Shown in pieces: positions 52,101-63,523 of a stretch of DNA of 64,000 nucleotides (position 1 is its first letter; each line of letters begins with the position of its first letter). The notes beneath the pieces are model-generated. The model worked only from the letters and a program-made list of their open reading frames with translations, made no database searches and was not told the DNA's origin. Both the position numbers and the translations under genes were made by a program. Source of the DNA: Balanoglossus misakiensis (lineage: Eukaryota > Animalia > Hemichordata); assembly GCA_040954595.2 (NCBI GenBank), contig CM082589.2, forward strand, positions 3,982,213 through 4,046,212, written 5' to 3'.

Positions 52101-54183
52101 CTCGTCGATCATCAACGCGTTCGCCACGGCCGCATTCAGGTTCGGTCACGGGCTGGTCAACCCGGTCATATTCCGGCTCAACTCCACCTTCCAACCCATA
52201 CCGGAGGGCAACCTGCATTTGCACAAGGCGTTCTTCTCACCTTTCAGGATCGTCGACGAGGGCGGCATCGACCCCGTTCTGCGCGGGCTCTTCGGATCCC
52301 CGGCCAAGGAGATGAGTCCCGCCCAGGTCATGAACTCGGAGCTCACCGACCGCCTCTTCGAGATGGCCCACGCCGTGGCCTTGGACCTGGCGGCCTTGAA
52401 CATCCAGAGGGGGCGCGACCACGCCCTGCCGGGATACAACGACTGGCGGATCTACTGCAACATGTCGGCCGCCGATACGTTTGAGGACCTCCGAGATGAG
52501 ATCTCCAACCACGGTGTGCGGGACAAACTGGAGGAGCTGTACGGTTACCCGGGAAACGTTGATCTGTGGATTGCGGGAATGGTGGAAGATGCCCTCCCCG
52601 GAGGGATCCTGGGTCCCACGTTCACTTGTATCATCGCAAAACAATTCCAGCGCCTCCGAGATGGAGACAGGTAAAAATCTTATACAGTCTGCTGTGATCA
52701 AATGTTTTGCACCCACTTAACGCAAGCTTCACTGACAACCACAAAAGCAAGTGGGAAACACAGACTGTGTCATTTACTGTAAAACAGGAAATTTCAGAAA
52801 CTTCGGGAGTGCCAAAAAATGTGATAATGAATAATTGCCAAAGATCAATGTGTACAATAGAATGTTATGTAGAGATCAGGTGAATGAGAAAATTAATCAT
52901 CATGGAATAGTCACCTCTGTTGATATCGCAAAACTTTCCTGTCACGAAAATTTCCCGTTTTACAGTATTTTTTGTGATCTGCCTGTAGGTTTTGGTACGA
53001 GAATCCCGGAGTCTTCACACCAGCCCAGCTGACGCAACTCAAGCAGACCTCCCTTGCCCGGGTTATATGTGACAATGCGGATCACATAGACAGGGTGCAG
53101 AAGGATGTCTTCTTGAAGGTTGACTATCCCACAGGATATCGCAAGTGTGAAGACATCACCGGGATGGACCTCCGAGTGTGGACAGACTGTTGTGAAGGTG
53201 GGTTTTCCTATTTGTACCAGGGGGGGGGAAACTTTGATCTTAACCTCTGGAAGGAATCTGAAAGATTGAATTGGTATGGACAATTGATCAAGTGCACATG
53301 TTCTGTTTGATCCTTACAATGATTGCCTGCACTGACAGAAAATGTTGTTCAGTGGCCTATTGTAATTGTTTTAATTAATTATATAACATTTAAACAGATT
53401 GTAATGTAGGCAGTGTAATTATTTTGTAATTAATTAATTAATTATATCATTTACACAGACTGTAATGAAAGCAGCAACAGAGAGCCAACGGTGAGTCAAC
53501 TCTTCCGGGCCAAGAGGTCAGACGACCAAACACCCGTGTCGTCCAGGAAGACACTGGTACGAGGCAAGAAGGCCACAGAGAATGCAGCCGAGACTAGGAA
53601 GGACAGTGATGCAGAGGACAGAGACAGTGCCATCATGGCGAAAACTGTGGAGTATTTATCTGATATGGTCACAGAGCTTCAACAGACTGTGAAAGAACTC
53701 ACCAGTCAGGTTGGTTTTAAATCGTGTGTGGCAAAAAATTTGATGCAAGCTGTACTGTACTGTACTGTACTGTACTGTACTGTACTGTACTGTACTGTAC
53801 TGTACTGTACTGTACTGTACTGTACTGTACTGTACTGTACTGTACTGTACTGTACTGTACTGTACTGTACTGTACTGTACTGTACTGTACTGTACTGTAC
53901 TGCATGTGTTTTGATTGTTTTCACATCACACTCACATGTGCTGATTGCAAGCGGACAGTTATGACAGCCAATGAGAGAGTTGTTCGTGTGGGATACGTGG
54001 TTACAACTGATCAGTGTCGCCTATTACACTTTTGTTCTTATCAATAAGTCTGCGTTGTGATAACGATAATTTCTGCATGTACTTCACAAACAACCAACCA
54101 AGAACATACCATTCACTGTACTTTTTCTTCCTCACAAACAGGTCCAACAACTTCAAGACGAGAAGAAACACACAAACAATTGA
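30918..54183 (+). CDS. PXDN: Peroxidasin (signal peptide, LRRs, 4 Ig domains, animal haem peroxidase, coiled coil; no vWC found)
   Basis: Exons 30918-31075 ([38 protein letters not shown]), 44793-44936, 45070-45213, 45359-45430, 46114-46283 (LRRs and LRRCT), 46609-46726, 47657-47829, 48757-49026, 49348-49464, 49624-49785, 49927-50196 (Ig1-4), 50557-50823, 51026-52670, 52989-53197, 53459-53709, 54142-54183. Catalytic motifs [33 protein letters not shown] and LRDGDRFWYEN are intact. Confidence 0.97.
32671..32945. repeat. ~138-bp tandem duplication in PXDN intron 1
   Basis: Unit gtggatatattccccaggct...tatgcaaat...gaaggcttgtcaattggctaa starts at 32671 and again at 32809, with few differences. 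Confidence 0.9.
40114..40173. repeat. (CA)n microsatellite
   Basis: Directly visible, about 30 units. Confidence 0.95.
41264..41355. mobile_element. ~90-bp piggyBac-like miniature element, copy 1 (degenerate)
   Basis: cTAACCCT...GTGAAAGGGTTAA termini; the internal ccattgagaacaatagagttggac resembles the copy at 44208. Confidence 0.55.
44208..44300. mobile_element. ~90-bp piggyBac-like miniature element, copy 2
   Basis: TTAA|CCCTTTCA...TGAAAGGG|TCAA; the internal ccatagaaaacaatagatttggac resembles the copy at 41264. Confidence 0.6.
53751..53900. repeat. (TGTAC)30 perfect pentanucleotide array in the last PXDN intron
   Basis: Directly visible; source of the VLYCT/QYSTV pseudo-ORFs. Confidence 0.97.
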
Positions 54184-56193
54184 TGCAGTCAAGTCGATCA
54201 CATGTCAATATAGAATATTTTGGTGCTATTTGTTTTTAATATATATTCCAAGTGTGGATTTGGACATCAGAGGAGAAAGAGTGCTCATATTTATTGCATT
54301 GGCTGTACTCCAAGTGAAAATTGAACTCTATAGAGACTTTTACTTGCAAGTTGGACTATGTTTTCATTATTTTTTTTAAAGGAGAGAAAGAGAGATAGAG
54401 GGAGAGATTAGTATCTCTTCCAAGAGTACTGAAATATTGTAGTGTTTGTATAAAGGACTAAATACATTGAAACATGGATGTCAAATGAACGACTAAAACC
54501 CGACATGAAAACTGGTTAACATTCCCTCTTTGTTGGCTGGCTTATGCTGAGTGCATGCCGGCTACTTGTTCTAGTTGTGTTACCCCCACATAAACCTAAT
54601 GATGGATTTGGCCAGTAGTTTACAACCCAAGGTAAGATACATTAAACTAATATGGTAGAAGAGTCAATTTACATGGCAGCGCGAGTCGTAGCTTCGATGG
54701 CTGTGTTGTGATCAGAATTTTCCTTTTTTTTTCATCCTGGATTCACTGTAACCTAATCCATTTATGATGATTTTGGGGGAGTCCCATTCTATAATAGATA
54801 ACCAAAAATAGTTGAAAAAGACCAGAAGCAAATGTTTGATTCTCGTATTCATATCAGAAATAGGAAATATGAGAGACACAACAATCAAGTTCTACACGTG
54901 TACTCGGTGTGTATATTATATATCAAAGTGTTTTTGCCGAACCCCAGAAAAGTGTATTTTACCGTGGCGCATCGTAAAAGCTTTGTAACTAGTTGTGACG
55001 ACATTTTTAACTAAGTCTTTGTGCCTTTTAGCTGTACAAACTGGACTACTATTAGTGCTAAGAAAAGGTGTGTGAAGTTTGTATTTAGTCTGGTAGTTGA
55101 AGTGTTTTACATCATGGGAGTATCAAAATTTCACTAATTCTACGACAGGACAACTATATGGAAGAATATTATTTATCCATAATGCTAAAGGACATGTTTT
55201 TAACTGAAATATATTGTTTTACTCATATTGGGGTTTTGACAAAATCATGCCTTAATAATGCAACATTTGTCAACTTATTTAGTTTATAAAAATATTCTTG
55301 TCACACTTTTTACCTCTTATGTAAGAAAGCTAAAAGCACAAGTTTGTGTCAATATATGAAATTAGACAAATATTTTATGTCAAATTAGAATTTATGTAAT
55401 AAATTTAGTTGGGACTTTTTAAATAATATAGCTGAATTTTATTAAAAAATTGATGTCAACGTTTTATCCTGTTTATGTGGAATGAGATAAGTGTATGTGT
55501 TTAGTGTGTCATTTACTGCATTACATCTTTGCATCACTGATGTTTTAAATATTACGACCAATATGTGAGGCCAGCGATAAAAAACAAAGGAGTCCTTCTC
55601 TTTCTGCTAGAGGGCGCATAACATAGCGATTCAAGTACATGTATCATGATATGACAGCACATGTAAACCATAAACAACTAAGACGTAAAGAAAGAAATGA
55701 TAGGGCCACGTACTTACTGATCAAAGAAGAGAAGGAAAAGTACATGTAATAAGGCCTACCACAATGATTCTATGACATTTCAGAATTGCAAATTTGCTAT
55801 GTTCTTAGATTTCGTTTTGCCAAGTAATTTTCAGCCTTAAGCAAAACAGCGTACGCTGGGTAGTACGCCTGACTGAGTATGGTAGTCATAGGAGAGCATT
55901 TCCCCTATGGGAATACAGTTCATATATTAGCCAAACAATGGATTTTTTAAAGCAATAATTAATTTATCTGAAACGAACAAAAAGCCGCATTTAGCCACAG
56001 ACAATATTGAGTTTTAATTTAGTTTCCATCAGGACCGCTGTGCAGTGTACAGGGGAAAACATCTAGTGCTGGTAAACCGCGTTGACGTCGACCAGGATGC
56101 AGATAAGTGCGACTGTTAAAGTTATTCTGCTTTCCATGTCTTTTGCACATGTTTGGTGGTTTGGAAAGGGTAAGTGAAGTATCTTAAATGTTT

Positions 56194-56342
56194 GAGACAG
56201 ACAGATGGACGGACAGACAGACACATAGATATATAGATAGATAGATTGATTGATTGATCGATTGATTTCACAACAGGCAAAAACAGACAGCCAGGCAAAT
56301 ACAGATAGATAGATAGACAGATGGATAGATAGACAGATAGAT
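56194..56342. repeat. Compound (GACA)/(GATA)/(GATT) tetranucleotide repeat
   Basis: Directly visible. Confidence 0.85.
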
Positions 56343-57339
56343 CAAATTGGTATTTACTGTACAAGCTCCATGAGCTGTAACTTTCTGCAAATTTTCAGTA
56401 TTTTTGTTATCTATATGTTATGCAAAAATACTGAAAGTAAAAAAAAGCCATAAGTTACAGATTACGTCTACAAGATTCCATGTACTGATAAAATCCAAAG
56501 GCTGCAACTAATGTCCCTTTAATGTTATTTAGATGACCAGTCCAGTATCGGTAATGTTTTTGCGTACCGCGCCAGCCGAGCAATATTAATCATCACTTGT
56601 AGATCACAATATCACTTGCATACATAAAATATCGAATCCCTTAGGGAAAAGGTGGCTTAAATTACGATCTGACAAAACCGTACAAAACTCAGGCAGAAGA
56701 TTAATAATAAAGCAGTCGGCGCTCAGACCTTGATCTGTAGCGAACTCGCTGTAATTCCAATCCAATCATGAGTTGATTTATTAGTATAATTGTTCATAAA
56801 CTCATTATTCTGTGGTTGTTCGATTAATTAAGCTTTTTCCAACTTTCGAAGACGCTTTCCCGAACCTCACGAAACCTTGTTACCGAGGCAGGGTACCAGC
56901 CAACAACGGAAGAAGCAGAGGAGTCTGGGTAACCGAGACTACTGAACGCCTAACGACTCTGTTCAAAACACCAATCCAAATCATCTCTCGAGGGCGATCA
57001 TTATTCATTAATGTTGATTAAAACGTATGACAAATGTATCAGACTGCATTTGAGGACACAATACAATCAAAAGCGGCACGGCTGGCTATTTCTTAATTTC
57101 AATGTAATCAAAAACCCAATCAACACTTTACTGAGCAAAGCTATAGCTAATGCTTTCATTACATTCTTGTCCACGTCAGTACCCAGGGGACACACATTTT
57201 AATCATGAGGGACTGAAAAACATTCTATGATAAGCACTACCCGCAAAAAAAAAAACACATTTCGTGTACAAGTGTAAGATAACTGTGCACGCGCTTGACA
57301 AAATCATGAAATAGTTGTCCTTCTGTTGATTTGGTCTAG

Positions 57340-60300
57340 GGATGGTATTGTCACAACCATCTTTCTCCAGTGGTTGGTTGCCGATGCGTTCACAGGACGT
57401 ACATCAGTCATATATTGCCATACGACACGACTTGGGTCATTTACCAATTTTCGTACAGGTGAGATTTTCAGCTCGAAATGTTTATATTATTAAAGTAAAT
57501 GGAGACCACTTGTTCACCACTGAGACAAAGCATTCGATATATATTGAAAACGTGCGTACATCGCCAGACAGATTCGCATGCACCTGTTGGCACAAACGTT
57601 CCCTCAGGCGATGCCAAATTAAATTGATACTGAGCTCTGACATATGCGGACAGTAAGCTCTGTGCTGGATTTTTTAATGTCGTCATCAACGGCGGACGGA
57701 TATGGCAAACAGCAGTGTTGCATGACACGTGGATAGTGCTGGGGGTTGCATGCACAAATTTTAGTAACCCTCCAGTCCCTTAAAACGCATGCATGAAAAA
57801 TAGTGATAAAGCCCCCGTCACCCCCTACCATCAAGGCCCTAAGCTGCTACCTCATCTCTTTCTCAAAAGGTACAAACACGTGCCGTCGATGGCGCTAACG
57901 CCGGATTTATTTTTGATGGTGTTGGCTCGGCCCAACGAGAAGACTCCGCAAACTATTCGTATGGGGGCGTTGTTTACACGTACAACGAAACCTGGGTAAG
58001 AGTAATGGCGCCCCAGCAAGCGAGCGGCTATGCACGTGGTTGTTTAATCTACACAGGTTAGCATTCATTAAACCCATCTAATCTATTGCAAAATATCATG
58101 CCTTTGGATATGTAACTTGTCAGGTAGTTGCTTGTATGAAAACGTGAAATTTGGCCCCAAAAGATTGCAATGTGATATGTGTACATGGAAGAAACAAAAC
58201 GTAAACGTAGCTATCCAAAACTGCTAAGTGTCTTATTGAACTGTCCTTCATATTCCATACAAAGGCGGCACACACTGGGGCACACCACATCAGCAGTGCA
58301 GTCACAATGGCGAAGTCAAAGTAGACGTCTGGGCGAAAGACGACTTCCCTGCGTCTGATTACACGACCGATTGGTTTGAATTTGCTTCCGGTGAAGGAGC
58401 CGAATCTTTCAGGGAAATACCCCACGCACTGGGGCAAAGGCCATCACTGGTGCGCGTTCAATACCAAGACCTGGCTCCCTCACCAGATGATATTGGTTTT
58501 ACCTCTGATGGTTTTGGTAAGAAAGTGTTATTGATGGATTATTGATGGATTAACCAGTCGCTGCTTATGTAGTAAAAGATTGTTATTGTTATTCCTGAGC
58601 CCTATCTTGCCTATCTTCTTTGAAGGCGCTGCCCAGTGTGACGATGATGATGAAAGCAGTGATTATGGTGGAATAGTATTTGCATATGATAATGATGCTG
58701 TCCGGATTTGGGCCCCTTCTGCTAACAATGTTAAACACAGTGGTAAGTAGTAGTTACATCATTTGCAAAAGAGTGAGTTCGTGGCTGCAATGTTGTGCCC
58801 TAAAGGCATTCTGCTTCTCATTGCTTCATTTGTTTATGTTTGACATGTAGGGCACTTGTATTTTCACACCAGGTCACTTATTTTTCGCTGGTAACGGATG
58901 GGGCAATGGAAACAACGCCAAAGCCTTCGATCGTGGCATCGTCAGAGTTACTGTATGGGCGTCCAGTTTTCCTGCACCAGACTTTCGGACAAATGGCACC
59001 CTGCAGATGGGACCCTATCACGCCGTAAACTCATACGAGACTATTGACATTCCACCTGATGTTTTGCCAGGGATAGTGCTGGTTGAAGTAAGTCCATGGT
59101 GCCTTTGTCTGTCTTGCCAGACGAATTTTGTTGAATCTCTATTATTTTTGACGCATGACTGTTGCAAGTTCAAATTTGACAACTACTATAGACTTAGTAC
59201 ATGTATTTATGTGCACATATACCATGAAGGTACCTTCATGAATATTCCATAGCCTGTGACCCTTTTTTGGCTCATACAGGTAAGAGCTGTGACTGGCGTA
59301 AGTAACGGCTTCACATTTTATGGAACTGGCGCTCAGCAGGCATGTGTTTGGGGGCCAGCCAGATCATACGGTGGTGTCGTGTATGCGCACAACAGCAGCA
59401 CTGTGAGGGTCTGGACAGCAACATCCGGTGGTTACATCCTGAATGTCAACGATGGCTGGGCCGTGAGGTCATTTGGTCAAAGCTCAAGTATTGGAAATAT
59501 TACTGTGAAAATATTCAAGTTCGTCGGTTCTGATGAAGGTATTATTCCTTATGAATCCTATTTAAATTCCCTAAGTGTTGCCATATATTGAAGTATACTT
59601 TGGAAATTAACGGCAAATTCCCTTAGAGCATGTCAAGCGAGTGGCCTATACACGACGGCACAGCAGAACAGCCTCAGAACAAACTTTAAAAAAACTATAA
59701 TGATATCATTCTGTAAATTAGTCTCTTTTATATATATCAACAGGAAAGTCCACTTTCCCATCAACTACCTCATCACTCCCAACAGTGCCGTCTACAGTTC
59801 AGGAAAGTCTAAATGTAAGTCGTTTGTGTATGTTCTACCGGAATGATGATCTGGACAAACTTGGAGCGAATACTCACACCCTGTAATGGGCATAGTACTG
59901 TATTGGATCTGACTACTACTACTGCAATACATCTTTGTTGTTGACGGAATCTGCAATGATCCTAGTATTCATGGTGCATCCATATTCAGAATGTATAAGG
60001 GTGTGAATATCATTTGAGCATTTTAATTTGTTGTTTTCTTTCTCATCCCTCAGATCATCGAGGCTATGATCAGTCTGTTCAATTATACTGCAAGTGCTGT
60101 GATGGAGACCTCGGCGACAATGGAAAATAGGCTTGTGGTTGGCCAGTGTATGTAACAGTGATAGAAAGCTATGTCAATTTTCATATGCCTTGATGTTAAC
60201 ACAAAACGAAATAAAACAAAAATCTGTCTACAAGATCAGTGTATTTGTTTGAGTTGAATGTATTACATTTCCATATACTTAGCACGTTGTCTTGTACAAA

Positions 60301-62147
60301 CGATATCAAAAATGAAAACGGTTGATTTGTTTTATAATCTCAGGGGTTCTCGACGAAATGGAAGAAGTGATGTCGATGGCTGAATTGGACGGACATGATG
60401 AACTGACAGCTGGTGAAACCAAAGTTCTCACAAACACAACCATCTTGATTGTCGATTTGTTGTCGAAGTATATTCTCTCCGGGAGTGAGCCAATCAGTGG
60501 TCCCGTCACACTCAGCACCTCGTCCTTTTTATTGTACCTGGAACGCGATTCGCCAGAGGTGTTGTGTAACAGAACGGTTATGCTACGACACAACACCGGC
60601 TTTGATATCCCGCCGGCGGCATATATCTTCCCGAATCCCAGAATCTTGGAAACAGCAAAGATCTCCATGGCAGTAAGTGTGTGATCTGTGTCCCCTTCTC
60701 ACGATATGAATTCTGAACATCCAACCTGTAGCCACACTTTGCTAACAATTAAATCTGATTTGCATGTTCTGTTGCAGGTGTTCCAGATGAGTAAGAAGTT
60801 CCATAGCGTCACAGCTGGAGAGTCTAACATGACAACTGATGTTCTAACTTTGTCCTTTTTCGATGAGACCAATAGTGAAATCGAAGGTGGGCATACTTTC
60901 ATCGTCATCTTTTTTTCTCTGGGTTCAACTCTGAGATAATTGTGATCATGTTCGGTGATTGAAATGCATTTTATGTTAATATAGTGAGAAGTACAGAGCA
61001 GGACATTGGCATACACTTCGGTAAACAGGCGGTCCCAGCTGTTAGTGCCACGTTGGCTGAGGGCTGGTGTTTCCACGATGAGGAGGTGGTGCACTTTGAA
61101 TGGACCGTTGAGGTAGGATTTGTTCTTGACAGACTCGACATAATCACACCACAGTCTTACTTCTAAATGTACAGCTTCAGGGCAGGTAAAATGAGTAACT
61201 GAGAAATGATGGACACGTATTGCTGATATAAATGTGGACTTCAAAACCAGCATTCCAAATTTCGTCCATTGTTTCGTCTAATAAAACCATTTACCTAAAT
61301 ATTTGCTTAGGAGAAAATTCTTCAGCCGTTTCAGTGAAATTTTCTCGTTTCTTCCAGAACATCAAACCATTCCATGCTATTAAAATTGTGCTCAATGCGT
61401 CAGAGCTTGTAGAGGAGAACACAACTTTGTTCATGTCAAAGAGAACACCTGACTTCAATAGTGACAAGGACGTCCATTTGTTCCACACTGGTGTTGAATT
61501 TAAGGGAAACATAACTGGTGTGTTTATCCCCGAAGACGAAGTAGTCCAGTCGGGACGTCTTGATTTTGCCTTTGATCTGAAACGTAGTGAGTGTACAATA
61601 ATAGACTTTATCGTTGGTGATGTGTGTTCCAGTTCCACAGTCAGAGGTTGATAAAACGTTTGTGTGTATACCATGGCAGGAAGCCTGTTTAAGTGTCTGA
61701 GTATGCATAATGCAAAGTGGCAGCTCATGAGGATTTAAAAATATATTTACAAAGACGTAATGTCTTTTCAGATAATGGTGTGTATTTTATGGTTGTTGTG
61801 ACACAGCACAGATGCAATTATTGGAACGAGAACCAACGTGTCTGGGATAGACGTGGCTGCAAGGTAATAATCATGCCCTTTTTGAAGGGATAGATAGTTA
61901 GGTATCGATGGCTCTTTTCGTGTGTTGAACCTCTTTACCCCTCTTTGAATATGTCATTGTCGTGTCCATTTAAACAATAATATCACATATTTTCCGTCTC
62001 TAGGTGTCATCCAAGTCAGGCATCGACGCCACAGTGTGCCTGTGTAACCATCTGACAGCGTTCACATCCAGCACGGAGCAGGTGCCCGTTGCTAACATGA
62101 AGAGCAACACAGCTGTAGTGACCATTCGGATGAGCGCCCCAAAGTGA
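57340..62147 (+). CDS. Uncharacterised extracellular-type protein: three ~125-aa beta-rich repeats, an S/T stalk and a PKD1/REJ-type GAIN-GPS domain, with no transmembrane region; start codon not located
   Basis: Phase-consistent exons 57340-57458, 57870-58056, 58265-58516, 58626-58742, 58873-59087, 59280-59538, 59744-59814, 60054-60147, 60344-60672, 60778-60886, 60985-61112, 61358-61586, 61772-61863, 62004-62147. Possible upstream micro-exons are 56033-56071 and 56533-56550. GPS motif: RCNYWNENQRVWDRRGCK|VSSKSGIDATVCLCNHLTAF. GAIN strands: TTDVLTLSFFDETNSEIEVRSTEQDIGIHF. Confidence 0.85.
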
Positions 62148-62640
62148 CAGTGTCGGCTGGGATCATTTGTTTCAATTTTTCAACAACGATTTGTATACAT
62201 GTATGATCTATACCATTTTATCACAGCAAGGAGTGAAGTATTTTATGGCGGTAGACGTTTTTTGCTTGTCGGAAAATCTCTCACATTTTACGCACTATTT
62301 ATACAATGTAATTGAGCTGATATTTTAAACTAATGCGTTGCATGTTCGGTCGGTAAGCATTTGTCAAATTAAATCTGTTTGCTTGTAGATAAAGGTTATA
62401 AAGAACGTGTGCCATATTTGCTGAATAGACTACCACAAACTTTTAATTATATTATAGATACAACATGCATTATGTTATGCAAAAGTGATCGGATAAGGAG
62501 ACAAAATACAACGTAGAGGGCACACGCCAACGACATGGAGAAAATGTTCCTCTTTTGGATGTAGCTGTATGGATACCCTCAATTAAATTTTTTCGTCAAA
62601 ACCAAACATTTTACCCAAATTTATGCGTTGTACTCGAAAC

Positions 62641-62672
<32 letters not shown>

Positions 62673-62673
62673 G
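62641..62673. repeat. (AG)n followed by poly-G
   Basis: Directly visible. Confidence 0.85.
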
Positions 62674-63394
62674 AGATTCCTCACGTTCGTCTCATAGAAG
62701 TTTAAAGCATAGCCCACTTTTTACTTTTTTCAGAAAATTTGTACACCTGATGTAGGTCTAGCCTAACGGATGTTACAGGTGTTACCTGACCAATCAATGT
62801 TAATTTTTGCCTAAAGGTTAGTTGCTGGTGCGCAAATTTAAGGGAACTCTTATAATAATTACACACCTTAACCTAAAAATATTATATGACAATATAAAAT
62901 TACTGTTTTTTATAGAGAAATTTACACAAAATCTGTACTTGACATGCAGTGGTGACTTTTCCCGACTCACATCGTATATCGGTGCATGAAACAAACAGTG
63001 AAATCGAATAACTCCTTGACTCGCCTGTCGAGTCGCATCTTTCATCGATCGACGCTGGAGCTAGGGAGTGCGTACTGCGCGTCGCGCTCTCCACAGAGCG
63101 CTTGAGTGTAAACAGCGCGTTCGTGGACGCTCTCATCACGAAGCCCGCGTTTTGCTCAGTGAACCTCACTGATGAGCATGCTGAACTGATCTGTTGTATT
63201 AAAGAAGGAGTCTGCGGGTTTCTCGACTGCTATTATCATTTTCTTCAGTGAACGTAGCGGAATTCTTCAATCAATCGCGACCTCTGTATGCACGTATCTA
63301 GTTTGACGTACGTGCGGCGCGCGACAACCCCGGTGGCGATATAATAACCTCCGCTGTACTATAATATCGTCGCACCGTATCGCATGGCAAGAAG

Positions 63395-63523
63395 ATGGCT
63401 GACTTGCTTGGTTCGGATTTACACGATTATGAAGATATAAACCAGCTGAGTGTGAGATCCTACACAGAGCTTCTCGCAGAAGAAAGGGCTCGGGAGCAAG
63501 ACTTGACCGCTATAACCGCAACG
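63395..63523 (+). CDS. Probable first coding exon of an unidentified gene continuing beyond the window
   Basis: ATG in good context (AAGATGG), reading MADLLGSDLHDYEDINQLSVRSYTELLAEERAREQDLTAITAT and ending at a strong donor ACG|GTAAGG. It is preceded by a CpG-rich promoter-like stretch (~63000-63390). I do not recognise the family. Confidence 0.6.

Noticed and set aside
53706-54047. ORFs with VLYCT / QYSTV repeats
   Set aside because: They are translations of the intronic (TGTAC)30 microsatellite. The array has no spacers, so it is not CRISPR-like either.
58851-58872. Upstream acceptor (tgtag|ggcac) for a repeat exon of the GAIN protein
   Set aside because: It leads to an in-frame stop; the acceptor at 58873 preserves the repeat alignment.
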